A DNA stretch of 64,000 bases from Chitinophagaceae bacterium (GCA_051954695.1 JBQCHL010000025.1:30852-94851), one strand, 5' to 3'. Numbered from the stretch's first letter, positions 24,948 through 35,407 are shown. Numbers and translations are program-made. The notes: generated by a model from the letters alone, not told the origin.

Positions 24948-26012
24948 TTAATGACCAGCCATGGCTACTGGCTGTGTGGCTGCTTTTGCTGCTGTTGAAT
25001 CTGCTGCTGCTTTTTGTGCGGCTGGATCTTTCTCAGGGAAAGCAGCAAAGTATTTTGGCTTCTTTGTCGCCATCCACTGATCAAATTCTTCCTGTGTTTC
25101 CACTACAATTTCACCGCGCATGCTCCAGTGGCCTTTACCGCACATCTGATCACAGGAAATTTCATATACAAAATTAGGATTGCCTGTTTCTTCTTTCATC
25201 TGCTTGCTGGTCTTGGTAGGCGTGAACCACATGGTGGTAGGCGTACCGGGAACAGCATCCATTTTCATCCGGAAATGCGCCAGACCTACGTCGTGGATCA
25301 CATCTTTTGCACCGATCACCATCTTTATCGGCTTATTCACTACAAGGTGCATTGGCTCACCAGCAATATAAATATCATCATGGTTTGCAGGGTCGTCCCA
25401 AAGCTGACCCAGCGGATTGTTCTTAGCGTCGTTGATCTCCTTATAATATTTCTTACCAAGAATATTGTCTTTGCCCGGGTAGCGGAACTCCCATTTGAAC
25501 TGGCTGCCGGTTACTTCCACGACCATCGCATTTTTAGGTGCTTCACCTGTGATCTTGAACCAGTAGAAGATACCGAAACCAACCAGTACAGTCAGAGTGA
25601 TTGCAGGAATTACAGTCCAAATCAATTCCAGCTTGTTGTTGTGCGGATAGTAAAACGCTTTACGGTTATCAGACTCCTGGTATTTATAAGAAAACCAGAA
25701 TAATGCGATCTGTGTTGCAAAGAAAACAATGCCAGTGAGGGCAATGGTGATGTACAACATGGTATCGATATGCACACCATGATCAGATGCTGGTGCACCC
25801 AGGATCTTTCCTTTCAGTCTTTCATTGCAATAAAACACACCGATCAGGCCCACAATCAGGAAAATCAGCAACAGAAAGGCGTTGATCTTATTGGTCTGTT
25901 TCCTGGTCTTTTCTTCCCCACGCAGCACTGCTACATATTCACTGGCTTTGGCTATCTGAAAAGTAACCAGGAAGCCCAATGCCAAAATCGCTACAATGAA
26001 AAAAGTTTGCAT
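24948..26012 (-). CDS. ctaC: Cytochrome c oxidase subunit II
   Basis: LELIWTVIP, DVIHD, CDQMCGKGHWSM CuA motif. Confidence 0.95.
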   Translation of the reverse strand: MQTFFIVAILALGFLVTFQIAKASEYVAVLRGEEKTRKQTNKINAFLLLIFLIVGLIGVFYCNERLKGKILGAPASDHGVHIDTMLYITIALTGIVFFATQIALFWFSYKYQESDNRKAFYYPHNNKLELIWTVIPAITLTVLVGFGIFYWFKITGEAPKNAMVVEVTGSQFKWEFRYPGKDNILGKKYYKEINDAKNNPLGQLWDDPANHDDIYIAGEPMHLVVNKPIKMVIGAKDVIHDVGLAHFRMKMDAVPGTPTTMWFTPTKTSKQMKEETGNPNFVYEISCDQMCGKGHWSMRGEIVVETQEEFDQWMATKKPKYFAAFPEKDPAAQKAAADSTAAKAATQPVAMAGH

Positions 26013-26081
26013 ATTCTATCGTTCAAAAGTTATTGTTCTAATTCGAGTTTAAACGTTTAAGGATTAAAAGGCTTAAACAAT

Positions 26082-27329
26082 TTAAGTATGGTGTATCAAG
26101 CTCTCTTTCACTAACGGGTGGTTTCTTGCCAGCAGTGGCGCTTTCGCCAGTGCTTTACCTGTTACAAACATGATCAGGCCGGCAAAACCTAAACCGATAC
26201 CGAAATCATACAATATCATGGGTACATATGTTTTGCCTGTTTCGGCGTCAGTCAGCGGGCTGGGGAACACCATCTGGAAGAAATCCAGCCAGTGGCCAAA
26301 CACGATCAGCAATGACATAAATGTAATGGTTGTATAATTCCTTTTTGAATCACGGCTCATCAGGATCAGGATCGGTGCTACGAAATTGATGATGAACATC
26401 AACCAGTATACTCCGCTGTATTCGCCTTGTGCCCTTGTTTTGAAATAAACTGTTTCTTCAGGAATGTTGGCATACCAGATCAGCATAAACTGGGAGAACC
26501 ACAGGTAAGTCCAGAAGATAGAGAACGCAAACATGAACTTACCAAGGTCATGCAGGTGCTCTTTATTTGTATATGGCAGGTAGCCGTTGTTTTTAAGGAA
26601 CACAACAAACAGGGTAATTAAAGCGATACCTGCTACGAATGTACTTGCAAATGTGTACCAGCTATACATGGTGCTGTACCAGTGTGCATCGATGCTCATC
26701 AGCCAAAGCCAGGGAATAGAAGACATTACTGTAAGTGCAAATACAACAATGTATATCGCTGCCCAAACTGTGTTATTGAACATGTATTTCTTTCTGCCTT
26801 CTACTGTAGGGATAGGGTTGTTGTCGAGACTGCGGGAAAGACTTCTCATTTTCCATCCCAACACAGACCAGAGAACAATAGTAAGTACAGTAACGATGGC
26901 AAAAAATCCTTTATTCAGGAAACCTGCTTTGTGCAGCAGTGTAGGGTCATGTTTTACGTGCTCAGCATCTGTCCAGTGATAGATCTCATGATTGCTGCCA
27001 AAAGCAATGGACAACAATATCGCTCCGCAGATAACGCCCAATACCGGGATACAGGCAGTGATCGCTTCTGTAACGCGACGGAAAGACATCTGCCAGCCAC
27101 CCCAGGCCAGTGTGGTAGCACAAATAAAGAACATTGCTGCATTCACAATCAGCAGGAAGTAAACGCTATTCTGCAGCAAGCTGCCCCAGAACCTTGCCTG
27201 GTCGTGCGGATTATCTTTAGAGCCATGCGTGATATACAATGTAACTAGAGATAAGATCCCAATAGCCATTAAAGCGATCGCTATGGTATTGTATCTTTTC
27301 GGCGCTACAAATTGGTCCCTGTTTGACAT
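26082..27329 (-). CDS. actF: Alternative complex III subunit ActF
   Basis: Polytopic; HWYSTMY, HLHDLGKFMFAFSIFWTYLWFSQFMLIWYANIPEET; order after actE. Confidence 0.9.
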   Translation of the reverse strand: MSNRDQFVAPKRYNTIAIALMAIGILSLVTLYITHGSKDNPHDQARFWGSLLQNSVYFLLIVNAAMFFICATTLAWGGWQMSFRRVTEAITACIPVLGVICGAILLSIAFGSNHEIYHWTDAEHVKHDPTLLHKAGFLNKGFFAIVTVLTIVLWSVLGWKMRSLSRSLDNNPIPTVEGRKKYMFNNTVWAAIYIVVFALTVMSSIPWLWLMSIDAHWYSTMYSWYTFASTFVAGIALITLFVVFLKNNGYLPYTNKEHLHDLGKFMFAFSIFWTYLWFSQFMLIWYANIPEETVYFKTRAQGEYSGVYWLMFIINFVAPILILMSRDSKRNYTTITFMSLLIVFGHWLDFFQMVFPSPLTDAETGKTYVPMILYDFGIGLGFAGLIMFVTGKALAKAPLLARNHPLVKESLIHHT

Positions 27330-27360
27330 CAGTATTCTTTTATAATTTCTTCAATAATTC

Positions 27361-28020
27361 TTATTTAACGGCTGCTTTTGTGCTGTCTGCTGCCGCTTTC
27401 GGTGCTTTTGCTGCTGTTGAATCTGTTTTTGCAGTGCTGCCAGCCGGGAATTGTTTTGATTTGATATAAGCAACCACTTCCCAGCGCTGTTTAGTGCTTA
27501 GTTGAGAAGCATAGCTGCCCATCTGGCCTTTACCATAAGTGGCAACATGGAAGATCGTTCCTTCAGATGTTGCTTTCATATCATCACCCATCAGGTTTTT
27601 AGGTGCTGCAGGGTAAGGGCCGCTACCATCTTTCCAGAGAGGACCATTACCATCCAGTTTGGAACCATGACAAATGCCGCAGTTAACGAGGTAAAGCCTT
27701 TCCGCTTCTTTCAGATCAAATGAACCAGCAGCCAGCGGGCTTTTTATGCCTGCCGAAGAAGCATAAGAACCTATAGTGTCTTTCAGCAGTTTTGAACCCA
27801 GCATATCGCCACGGGCAATAGTGCCTTCAACCGGACCACCATGGAATTGTGCACCAGGTGTTGCAGATGCATCCAGTCTTTCCTGCACAGGAGCATATGT
27901 TTCATAAGCCCTGCTATAGGTCATGTCTGGCATATAAGCACGGCCAGGATTACGGCTGCTGCAGCTTACAGCCAGTGCTGTAACTGCTGCACATCCTGTT
28001 ATGATCAAAAATTTTTTCAT
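27361..28020 (-). CDS. actE: Alternative complex III monoheme cytochrome c lipoprotein ActE
   Basis: Lipobox VSC; YMPDM; single CGICH; QMGSYA..L...QRW.V..Y. Confidence 0.9.
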   Translation of the reverse strand: MKKFLIITGCAAVTALAVSCSSRNPGRAYMPDMTYSRAYETYAPVQERLDASATPGAQFHGGPVEGTIARGDMLGSKLLKDTIGSYASSAGIKSPLAAGSFDLKEAERLYLVNCGICHGSKLDGNGPLWKDGSGPYPAAPKNLMGDDMKATSEGTIFHVATYGKGQMGSYASQLSTKQRWEVVAYIKSKQFPAGSTAKTDSTAAKAPKAAADSTKAAVK

Positions 28021-28050
28021 CCGTATATTGTTAATGTTCTTCTTGAATTA

Positions 28051-28638
28051 TTAAACTGCTTCTACTTTTTTACCATATCTAACCGTTTCCTGATCGTAGC
28101 GGCCAAGCCACCAGCCGGTTTCGCGGTATTGAACAGATACATCCTTTGCTCCCACACTGTTCAGGAATGCCAGTGCTTCCTGTTCGTTGGTTTTATCTGT
28201 GCATTCCACTGCCATTACAAACAGGTCATCTGTAGAGCGGGGATTGAAGTGATCCTTCTTGATAAAAGGAGCCAGTTGACAAAGCCAGCAGAAGGTAAGC
28301 ACCATGCCCACAGAGGCAAACAGTACAGTAAGCTCAAACGTGATGGGTATCCACGCAGGCAGGGAGAAATAAGGCTTACCACCGAAGTTTACCTGCCAGT
28401 CGATCGTTAATGCCCATGTAATAAAGCCTAAAGCGGTAGCCGTACCCATGATACCATAAATAAATCCTGCTACGTGAAGGCTGGTGTCTTTTAACCCCAT
28501 TGCTTTATCCAATCCATGGATAGGGAATGGAGTGAAAACATCATGGATCTTATAACCGGCACGGCGAACTTTTTTCACTGCAGGAAAAAGTACTGCTTCG
28601 TCATCAAAGTTGCCTACTACAAATTTTTTAACCGACAT
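28051..28638 (-). CDS. actD: Alternative complex III subunit ActD (DUF3341)
   Basis: DVFTPFPIHGLD, GGKP, FELTVLFA. Confidence 0.9.
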   Translation of the reverse strand: MSVKKFVVGNFDDEAVLFPAVKKVRRAGYKIHDVFTPFPIHGLDKAMGLKDTSLHVAGFIYGIMGTATALGFITWALTIDWQVNFGGKPYFSLPAWIPITFELTVLFASVGMVLTFCWLCQLAPFIKKDHFNPRSTDDLFVMAVECTDKTNEQEALAFLNSVGAKDVSVQYRETGWWLGRYDQETVRYGKKVEAV

Positions 28639-28677
28639 AATTATTTAATTCAAAAGTTAAAACCTTGACTGTTGTTC

Positions 28678-30132
28678 TTAATGATGGTCGTCGTGCAAAT
28701 TTTTATGTGCAAACTCTTCCACTGTTTCTTCTTCTTCCACATTCATTTTCTCTTTATAGCTTTCACCATTTTTCTTCAGGATATGCTTGATCTCCGCCAC
28801 AGCAATAACCGGGAAGAATTTGGAGAAGAGGAAGTAACAGGTAAAGAACAATCCGAACGTACCCATATAGAAACCTACTTCCCAGATGGTGGGAGCGTAG
28901 TAAGTACTCCAGGCACTTGGCAGATAGTCACGGTAAACAGAAGTCACGATGATCACAAAACGTTCGAACCACATACCGATATTCACCAGGATACTCATGA
29001 AGAAGGTCAGCAGCAGGTTACGGCGCAGTTTCTTTGACCAGAACACCTGTGGTGATAACACGTTACAACCCATCATCAGCCAGTAGCTCCATCCGTAAGG
29101 GCTGTTCAGGTTCACACGGTTTTCTTTAAACGCAAACCACTCATATCCTACGTGGCTGTACCATGCCATGAACAATTCAGTGAGATAAGCGATACCTACA
29201 ATTGAACCTGTCAATACAATTACTTTATTCATCACTTCAATGTGCTCGATCGTGATATAATCTTGCAGTCCCAGCACTTTACGGGTAACGAGCAGCAGGG
29301 TTTGCACCATTGCAAAACCGGAGAATACCGCACCTGCAACGAAGTAAGGAGGGAAGATGGTAGTGTGCCATCCCGGAACTACTGAAGTGGCGAAGTCAAA
29401 GGATACGATCGTGTGTACTGAAAGTACCAGCGGTGTACTCAAACCTGCCAGTACGAGTGACAATGCTTCGTGTCTTTGCCAGTGCTTGGTAGAACCAGTC
29501 CAACCGAAAGCAGCCACACCGTAAAACATTTTTCTCCATTTCAGTTTAGCACGGTCGCGGAGTGTAGCCAGGTCGGGCAACAGGCCGGAGTACCAGAACA
29601 ATAATGAAACGGTGAAGTATGTAGAGATCGCAAATACGTCCCAAAGAAGAGGAGAGTTGAAGTTAACCCACAAAGGACCGCGGGTGTTTGGATAAGGCAG
29701 TACGAAGAAGGCATCCCATACCCGGCCCATGTGCCAGATCGGGAACTGACCCGCACACATTACCGCGAAGATGGTCATCGCTTCTGCAGCACGGTTCACA
29801 CCGGTTCTCCAACCCTGGCGGAACAGCAACAGGATCGCAGAGATCAGGGTTCCTGCGTGACCGATACCTACCCACCATACGAAGTTGGTGATATCCCAGC
29901 CCCAACCAATTGTTTTGTTCAGGTTCCACTGCCCTGTACCGTACATCACCTCCATGGTAACGGACACTATACCGAAGATCAGCAAGCCCACGGAGATAAG
30001 AAATCCTATCCACCATAATTTGGACGGCTTGGCTTCCACCGGGCGGCAGATATCTTCTGTTACCTGATGATAATCTTTTGTTCCATCTACAATCGGCGGT
30101 CTGACCTGTGATTCGTATCTGAGTAATGACAT
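28678..30132 (-). CDS. actC: Alternative complex III quinol-binding subunit ActC (NrfD family)
   Basis: WGWDITNFVWWVGIGHAGTLISA, HMGR, SPLLWD, SVHTIVSFDF, GMWFERFVII. Confidence 0.93.
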   Translation of the reverse strand: MSLLRYESQVRPPIVDGTKDYHQVTEDICRPVEAKPSKLWWIGFLISVGLLIFGIVSVTMEVMYGTGQWNLNKTIGWGWDITNFVWWVGIGHAGTLISAILLLFRQGWRTGVNRAAEAMTIFAVMCAGQFPIWHMGRVWDAFFVLPYPNTRGPLWVNFNSPLLWDVFAISTYFTVSLLFWYSGLLPDLATLRDRAKLKWRKMFYGVAAFGWTGSTKHWQRHEALSLVLAGLSTPLVLSVHTIVSFDFATSVVPGWHTTIFPPYFVAGAVFSGFAMVQTLLLVTRKVLGLQDYITIEHIEVMNKVIVLTGSIVGIAYLTELFMAWYSHVGYEWFAFKENRVNLNSPYGWSYWLMMGCNVLSPQVFWSKKLRRNLLLTFFMSILVNIGMWFERFVIIVTSVYRDYLPSAWSTYYAPTIWEVGFYMGTFGLFFTCYFLFSKFFPVIAVAEIKHILKKNGESYKEKMNVEEEETVEEFAHKNLHDDHH

Positions 30133-30386
30133 ATTAAATCGCTTTTAGCTTTACCCTTCGCGGAGGTGAGCTTTTTATTTGTATGTTGTCAAACTTTTCT
30201 TCTATCCTGTTGTTCTAATCTCAGTCACCTTATTTCAGCAACTGCTTTCCCTTCTTTCTGCAGGTAAAACCCTGCAAGTTCCCTATTCCAATAAGTCAAG
30301 ATCTACAAGTTGAAAAGAAGTCCGGATTTTCCGGCCTGCTTTCACAGGCCGTATCCTGTTTATGTCTTTAACTTCTTTGCTTCTGA

Positions 30387-33300
30387 TTAATGATGAGCTG
30401 GTTCAGCATGTTCTCCTGCTGCTGCCGGCCTTGCCGCTTCATGTTCAGCACCGTGCTCTGCTGCTCCGTGTTCACCATGTGTTACGATCTCTTCTGTGTT
30501 CCTTACTTTAGACAGGTAAGTTACATTAGGCAGCACGTGCAGTTGCTCCAGCACCTGGAACATCCTCTTCGGATTGTCATTGCGAACCTTGTTTATCTGG
30601 CTGTCTTTATCATGTACGTTACCGAATATGATCGCGTCACCGGCGCAAGCCTGCTGGCAAGCTGTTTTTGCTTCACCATCCAGCAGCGGACGTCCTTCTT
30701 TCTTCGCTTGCAGTTTGGCAGCTTGTGTACGTTGAATACAGAAGCTACATTTTTCCATCACACCTCTTGAACGGACTGTTACATCAGGGTTCAATACCAT
30801 TCTTGTCAGCTCATCATTCATCTGGTGAACTACAGGGTCCAGTTTACCCACCAGTTTTTGGTCCTGGTTGTTGGGGAAGCTGTCTGCTCCGGTATAGTCA
30901 GCCCAGTTGAAGCGGCGAACTTTGAAAGGACAGTTGTTAGCGCAATATCTTGTACCGATACAACGGTTATAAGCCATTTGGTTAATGCCTTCGCTGCTGT
31001 GGTTCGTAGCGGCTACAGGGCAAACGTTCTCACAAGGTGCGTTATCACAATGCTGACACATCATTGGCTGGAATACCACGCCTTTCAGATCATCAGGATT
31101 GCTTTCGTCGCTTACAAAGTAGCGGTCGATACGCAACCAGTGCATATCATGGAAGCGCAATACTTCGCTTTTTCCTACCACCGGCACGTTATTCTCTGTA
31201 TGGCAGGCCACCACGCAGGCGCCACAACCATAGCAGGCATTCATATCGATGTTCATTCCCCACTTGATACCGGGCATATCATGCACTCCATAAAGCGTTG
31301 CATCTTTACGGAAGTCATTATTTGCTTTGGCATATTTATCCAGCAGGTCCTGGCGGAAATCAGTGATCTCGTTAGGATTTGCGATGAAAGAAGCGAGGGT
31401 TGTTTCCCTTACCACTTCCACGCGGCCTTCGTAAGAGTTGTGAATCTGTGTTTGGGCGATCTTTTCTTTTCTACCGGCACTTGTGATATCAGCAAATGTT
31501 GAATAAGTGATGGTAGAACCATTGAAGTTGGCAAGGTTGTAAACGTTTTTACCAACGCCTGCTGCTGTTTTACCCAAACCTTCATTTCTTCCATAACCAA
31601 CTGCGATAGCGATAGTGTTGGCATTCATACCGGGAATAACCAGGATAGGCAATTCCAGTTCTTTTTGGCCGGCTACTGCAATTTTGATAACGGGCTTGGA
31701 AGGATAGTATTCGTAATTGTTGTTCTCTCTTTCGTTGTTTTTGTTTGCCAGATCGAGACCGAGCATCTCTTTCGCCATGCTCATGGAGATCAGTGCGTAG
31801 TTGTCCCATGTAGCTTTGGAGATAGGATCAGGCAGCTCCTGCAGCCAGGGGTTGTAAGCGCCGGTACCTGTACCGATAGAAACTTTCTGGTAAAGCACTA
31901 CTTCGTATTTGCCGCTGCCTTTTTTAGCAGAAGCAATACCGGAAACTGCTGTAGAAACTGCTCCGCCATTGTAAGCACCAGCACCTGATGTAGAAGCCTG
32001 CTCAATGATACCATCCTGCAATGCTTTTTCAAATGCTTCGTCAGAGCCCAGTTTGCCGGTCCAGTAGTTGCGGAAATAAGTTTCGTAATCTGTATTGTTG
32101 CCAGCCCATTTCAGCAAAGAAGTCTGGTATGGGCGGGTTTTGAATAAAGGATAGATAGTGGGTTGCAGAAAGCTTACCACACCGCTTTTTGGTTCTGCAT
32201 CGCCCCAGCTTTCGAGATAATTGTGGTTGGGAACGATATATCCGCAGAGCTCAGTTGTTTCATCCAGTTTTTCACCAAAGGAAACGCTCAGTTTTACTTT
32301 TTTCAGTGCTGCTTTGAATTTCTCTGCATCAGGGAAATGATAAGCAGGGTTAGCACCATATACGAGCAAAGCACCTACCTGGCCAGCGTCCATTTGAGCT
32401 ACCAGATCAACCAGGTCTTTATCAATACCTGCGCGGTAGTTGGAAGTAGAAGCCCATGAAATGGTAGTGCCATAAGCACCAACTGCATTATTGATCGCGT
32501 TAACGAGGATCTGAACATTTACATCGTTGCTTCCGGAAACAACCAGTGAAGTGCCGGTGTTGGATTTAAGTGCAGTAACCACTTTAGCAATACCTGCTTT
32601 CAGTTTGGCATCTGCAATAGCAGGAGCTGCAACGGAACCGTCCAGTCCTGCAAGAATAGCCTGTGCAACCAATCCTGTTTCAGAAGGACGGTGAGTGAAA
32701 CGCTCATCCGCACTGGCGCCGGTAGTGCTCAGGTGGCCTTCAAACTGGAAGTGTTTGCTCATTTCAGGTTTCTTCTCATCGATCTTTCTTCCTTTACCAT
32801 ACCCTACTGCATTTTCAACAGGGTTGAGCCAGCTACCGAGGAAATCGGCATCAAGGCTTACGATCACTTTGGCTGCGCCAAAATCGTAGGAAGGAATTTT
32901 TCTTCCGAAACCACTCGCTTCATTGGCGAGCAGCATGCCGCTGTAAGAAACAGCATCAGCCTGTATATGACGGCTACCGGGATATTTTGCTAAGAATTCA
33001 GTGATGATCTGTTTGGTAGTAGGAGATACAACAGTGCTGGTAAGGAGCACGATGCCAGAAGCACCAGCCAATCCTTCAGCAATTGCTTTATCAACAAACT
33101 CGTATGTAGTCTCTTCAAACTTCTCGCCTACTTTTCTTTTGGGATGGGTAGTGCGATACATATCATACAGGTCCAGTACGGAAGCCTGTGCGCGTGCAGA
33201 AGTGCCGCCGCGGGTGAATGAAGCGAGTGTATTTCCTTCAATCTTAATAGGACGGCCATCTCTTACTTTAGCCACAACAGGGATCACATCTCCATCCTGC

Positions 33301-33593
33301 ACATAAGTGGTGGCGTAGTACTTGGCGTCGCCGGGAATGATGTTCTCGGGTTTGTTGGCGAAGGGAATTGCTTTTCTTACGGGCACTTTACAGCTGGCGG
33401 CCAGTGTGGCAGCAGCCGTGCTGAAACCCAGGTATTTCAGAAAATCCCTGCGGGGAGCTTTGGCATCTGCCAATCCCTTGTCATCAAAACCTTCAAAAGG
33501 CAGCTCTTCCTGAAATTCATCCTGCACTTTCTTCTGAAAATTTTCCGGGTCATTGACCTGTCCGAAACCTTGCCAGTACTTATTTTGGCTCAT
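30387..33593 (-). CDS. actB: Alternative complex III subunit ActB (molybdopterin-oxidoreductase-like + Fe-S)
   Basis: Internal RRDFLK Tat-variant signal then ASC; CYGCGAC, CQHCDNAPC..VC, CIGTRYCANNCP, CSFC Fe-S motifs. Confidence 0.93.
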   Translation of the reverse strand: MSQNKYWQGFGQVNDPENFQKKVQDEFQEELPFEGFDDKGLADAKAPRRDFLKYLGFSTAAATLAASCKVPVRKAIPFANKPENIIPGDAKYYATTYVQDGDVIPVVAKVRDGRPIKIEGNTLASFTRGGTSARAQASVLDLYDMYRTTHPKRKVGEKFEETTYEFVDKAIAEGLAGASGIVLLTSTVVSPTTKQIITEFLAKYPGSRHIQADAVSYSGMLLANEASGFGRKIPSYDFGAAKVIVSLDADFLGSWLNPVENAVGYGKGRKIDEKKPEMSKHFQFEGHLSTTGASADERFTHRPSETGLVAQAILAGLDGSVAAPAIADAKLKAGIAKVVTALKSNTGTSLVVSGSNDVNVQILVNAINNAVGAYGTTISWASTSNYRAGIDKDLVDLVAQMDAGQVGALLVYGANPAYHFPDAEKFKAALKKVKLSVSFGEKLDETTELCGYIVPNHNYLESWGDAEPKSGVVSFLQPTIYPLFKTRPYQTSLLKWAGNNTDYETYFRNYWTGKLGSDEAFEKALQDGIIEQASTSGAGAYNGGAVSTAVSGIASAKKGSGKYEVVLYQKVSIGTGTGAYNPWLQELPDPISKATWDNYALISMSMAKEMLGLDLANKNNERENNNYEYYPSKPVIKIAVAGQKELELPILVIPGMNANTIAIAVGYGRNEGLGKTAAGVGKNVYNLANFNGSTITYSTFADITSAGRKEKIAQTQIHNSYEGRVEVVRETTLASFIANPNEITDFRQDLLDKYAKANNDFRKDATLYGVHDMPGIKWGMNIDMNACYGCGACVVACHTENNVPVVGKSEVLRFHDMHWLRIDRYFVSDESNPDDLKGVVFQPMMCQHCDNAPCENVCPVAATNHSSEGINQMAYNRCIGTRYCANNCPFKVRRFNWADYTGADSFPNNQDQKLVGKLDPVVHQMNDELTRMVLNPDVTVRSRGVMEKCSFCIQRTQAAKLQAKKEGRPLLDGEAKTACQQACAGDAIIFGNVHDKDSQINKVRNDNPKRMFQVLEQLHVLPNVTYLSKVRNTEEIVTHGEHGAAEHGAEHEAARPAAAGEHAEPAHH

Positions 33594-33675
33594 ATTTATC
33601 TGAGTTAGCAGCCGGCGTTTATTTATAGTAGCGCCGACTGTTTTGTTGAAATTTTATACTAAGCTTTTATCGCAG

Positions 33676-33735
33676 TCCTCCTTCGCTAAGCATAGGCGGA
33701 CAAGCGGCCGCCTATGCTAAAGCTTCGGCGGGTAA
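33676..33735. repeat. REP-like palindromic element between actA and actB
   Basis: AGCATAGGCGG (33689-33699) / CCGCCTATGCT (33708-33718) and GCTAAAGCTTCGGCGG unit; similar unit at 51019-51044. Confidence 0.55.
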
Positions 33736-33746
33736 ACCACCCTGGT

Positions 33747-35024
33747 TTAATAGTGACATTTCTGACATTCGAGGCCGCCGATATCTTTTACAGTCACGCT
33801 GTCCATTTTACCGTTTTTGATATCGTTGTGGAATTTCTCGTAAATGCTATAGAATTGGTTCCCCTTAGTGCTGTCGTAGTTGAACTGAACTTTTGTTTGA
33901 CGGTGACAGTTAACGCACCAGCCCATGCTCAGTTCTGATACTTGTTTCACTTCATCCATTGCAGTGATCTCGCCGTGACAAGTCTGGCATTGAACATTAC
34001 CAGCTCTTACGTGCTGTGCGTGGCTGAAGAATACGTGGTCGGGGAGATTGTGGATCTTAACCCACTCAATTGGTTTTGCTTTGGAAGGATCCCATGCAGC
34101 TGCATTTTTAGGATCGAAACCAGCGTATTTGTACAGTTTTTGAATTTCGGCAGTACCATTGATCTCGTTGCCGTCTTGGTCATACAGTTTTGGACCTTTT
34201 TCGTACGACTGAATAGCTTTATGGCAGTTCATACACACATTCACTGAAGGAATAGCAGCAGATTTGCTTTCCCAGGCATTGCCGTGGCAATACAGACAGT
34301 TGATCTGGTTGATGCCGGCGTGAACTTTATGTGAGTAGTAGATAGGTTGTTTAGGTTCGTAGTTGGTCTGGCGTTGCAGTCCGATCGCGCCTTTGGTAAC
34401 AAAATAACCACCGACGATAAAGAAGAAGATCGCAGCCATAGCGATGTAAACCTTATTGCGGTAGAAAGGAACAGGCTCTGGTCTTTCAATGCCTTCAGCA
34501 TCGTCAGACATTTTTTTCAGGTTGCTGTTCACCTGCATCAGCACCATGGCGATGATAGCGAGAATAAGGGAGATAACACCGAAGATCACGGCATTCTGAC
34601 TGCTGCTTTTGCTTACAGCCTCACCAGTTTGTCCACCGCCTTCAGGTTGTTTATTCCTGTTAGCTACTTCACTATTAATATAGGAAACGATTGCATCTAC
34701 ATCTTTAAGTGTAATATCCGGGAATCCGGTCATAACAGAGCCAAACTTCGCCTTCAGGCCAGTAGTGTATGCGTCTTTAGCCATATAACCGCCAGGATTG
34801 TTGATCCAGGCCAGCAGCTCCTTATGGTCAGCCCATGTATGTCTTTCTTCAAGACCCATCAGGGCGGGACCGGTCAGGTCCTTAAAGATATTATGGCAGC
34901 TCTGGCATTTTGCCTGGAAGAGTGCCTTACCATCCTGGGCCGAAACTTTATTAAACGCAGTAAAAACGACGAGCGAGAGTATAAAGAGTGTCAGTTTTGT
35001 GGCCGTTGGTTTACAAGGAATCAT
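33747..35024 (-). CDS. actA: Alternative complex III subunit ActA (monoheme + pentaheme cytochrome c)
   Basis: Six CxxCH: CQSCH; CLYCH, CMNCH, CQTCH, CVNCH, CQKCH. Confidence 0.93.
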   Translation of the reverse strand: MIPCKPTATKLTLFILSLVVFTAFNKVSAQDGKALFQAKCQSCHNIFKDLTGPALMGLEERHTWADHKELLAWINNPGGYMAKDAYTTGLKAKFGSVMTGFPDITLKDVDAIVSYINSEVANRNKQPEGGGQTGEAVSKSSSQNAVIFGVISLILAIIAMVLMQVNSNLKKMSDDAEGIERPEPVPFYRNKVYIAMAAIFFFIVGGYFVTKGAIGLQRQTNYEPKQPIYYSHKVHAGINQINCLYCHGNAWESKSAAIPSVNVCMNCHKAIQSYEKGPKLYDQDGNEINGTAEIQKLYKYAGFDPKNAAAWDPSKAKPIEWVKIHNLPDHVFFSHAQHVRAGNVQCQTCHGEITAMDEVKQVSELSMGWCVNCHRQTKVQFNYDSTKGNQFYSIYEKFHNDIKNGKMDSVTVKDIGGLECQKCHY

Positions 35025-35071
35025 AGACGCAATTAATCTGAAAAATGTGGATAAATAGCTCTAACCGGCTG

Positions 35072-35079
35072 CAAAAATA
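35072..35079 (-). promoter_or_regulatory. -7 promoter box of act/cox operon
   Basis: TATTTTTG on minus strand 48 nt before actA ATG; TTG about 21 nt further upstream. Confidence 0.55.
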
Positions 35080-35407
35080 AGCTACGAACGTTATAAAAGA
35101 CAATCCGTTTTAAAAAAATTTTAACCCGCTACCAGCCTGCATTTCAGCGGATTTATAAGGATTTTCTTTATTGGGTTAAAAATGTTTGTCATGATTTGGT
35201 CACTGTCCACGCTTTGCCGTCAATTTAGAAAATTATACCCAAATTTCTACTCTTTGTGGGGGCAATTGCGTCCTTAGCTACCAGGTCCGGAGAGAACTTG
35301 TTTTGCTCCGAAGATAAGGAAACTCCGCTTCCATTGATTACTAACACTCCCATCAAAAAGATACTATTATATTGTATAGCTTACTATACTTTCGCGCCAG
35401 TTTTATT

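Noticed and set aside
24948-26012. CuA motif CDQMC instead of CxExC as a defect
   Set aside because: The Cys, His and Met ligands are intact and this position contributes a backbone carbonyl; variation here is tolerated.
20698-35058. Many 60-230-aa plus-strand ORFs within the act/cox operon
   Set aside because: Antisense shadows of strongly conserved minus-strand genes.
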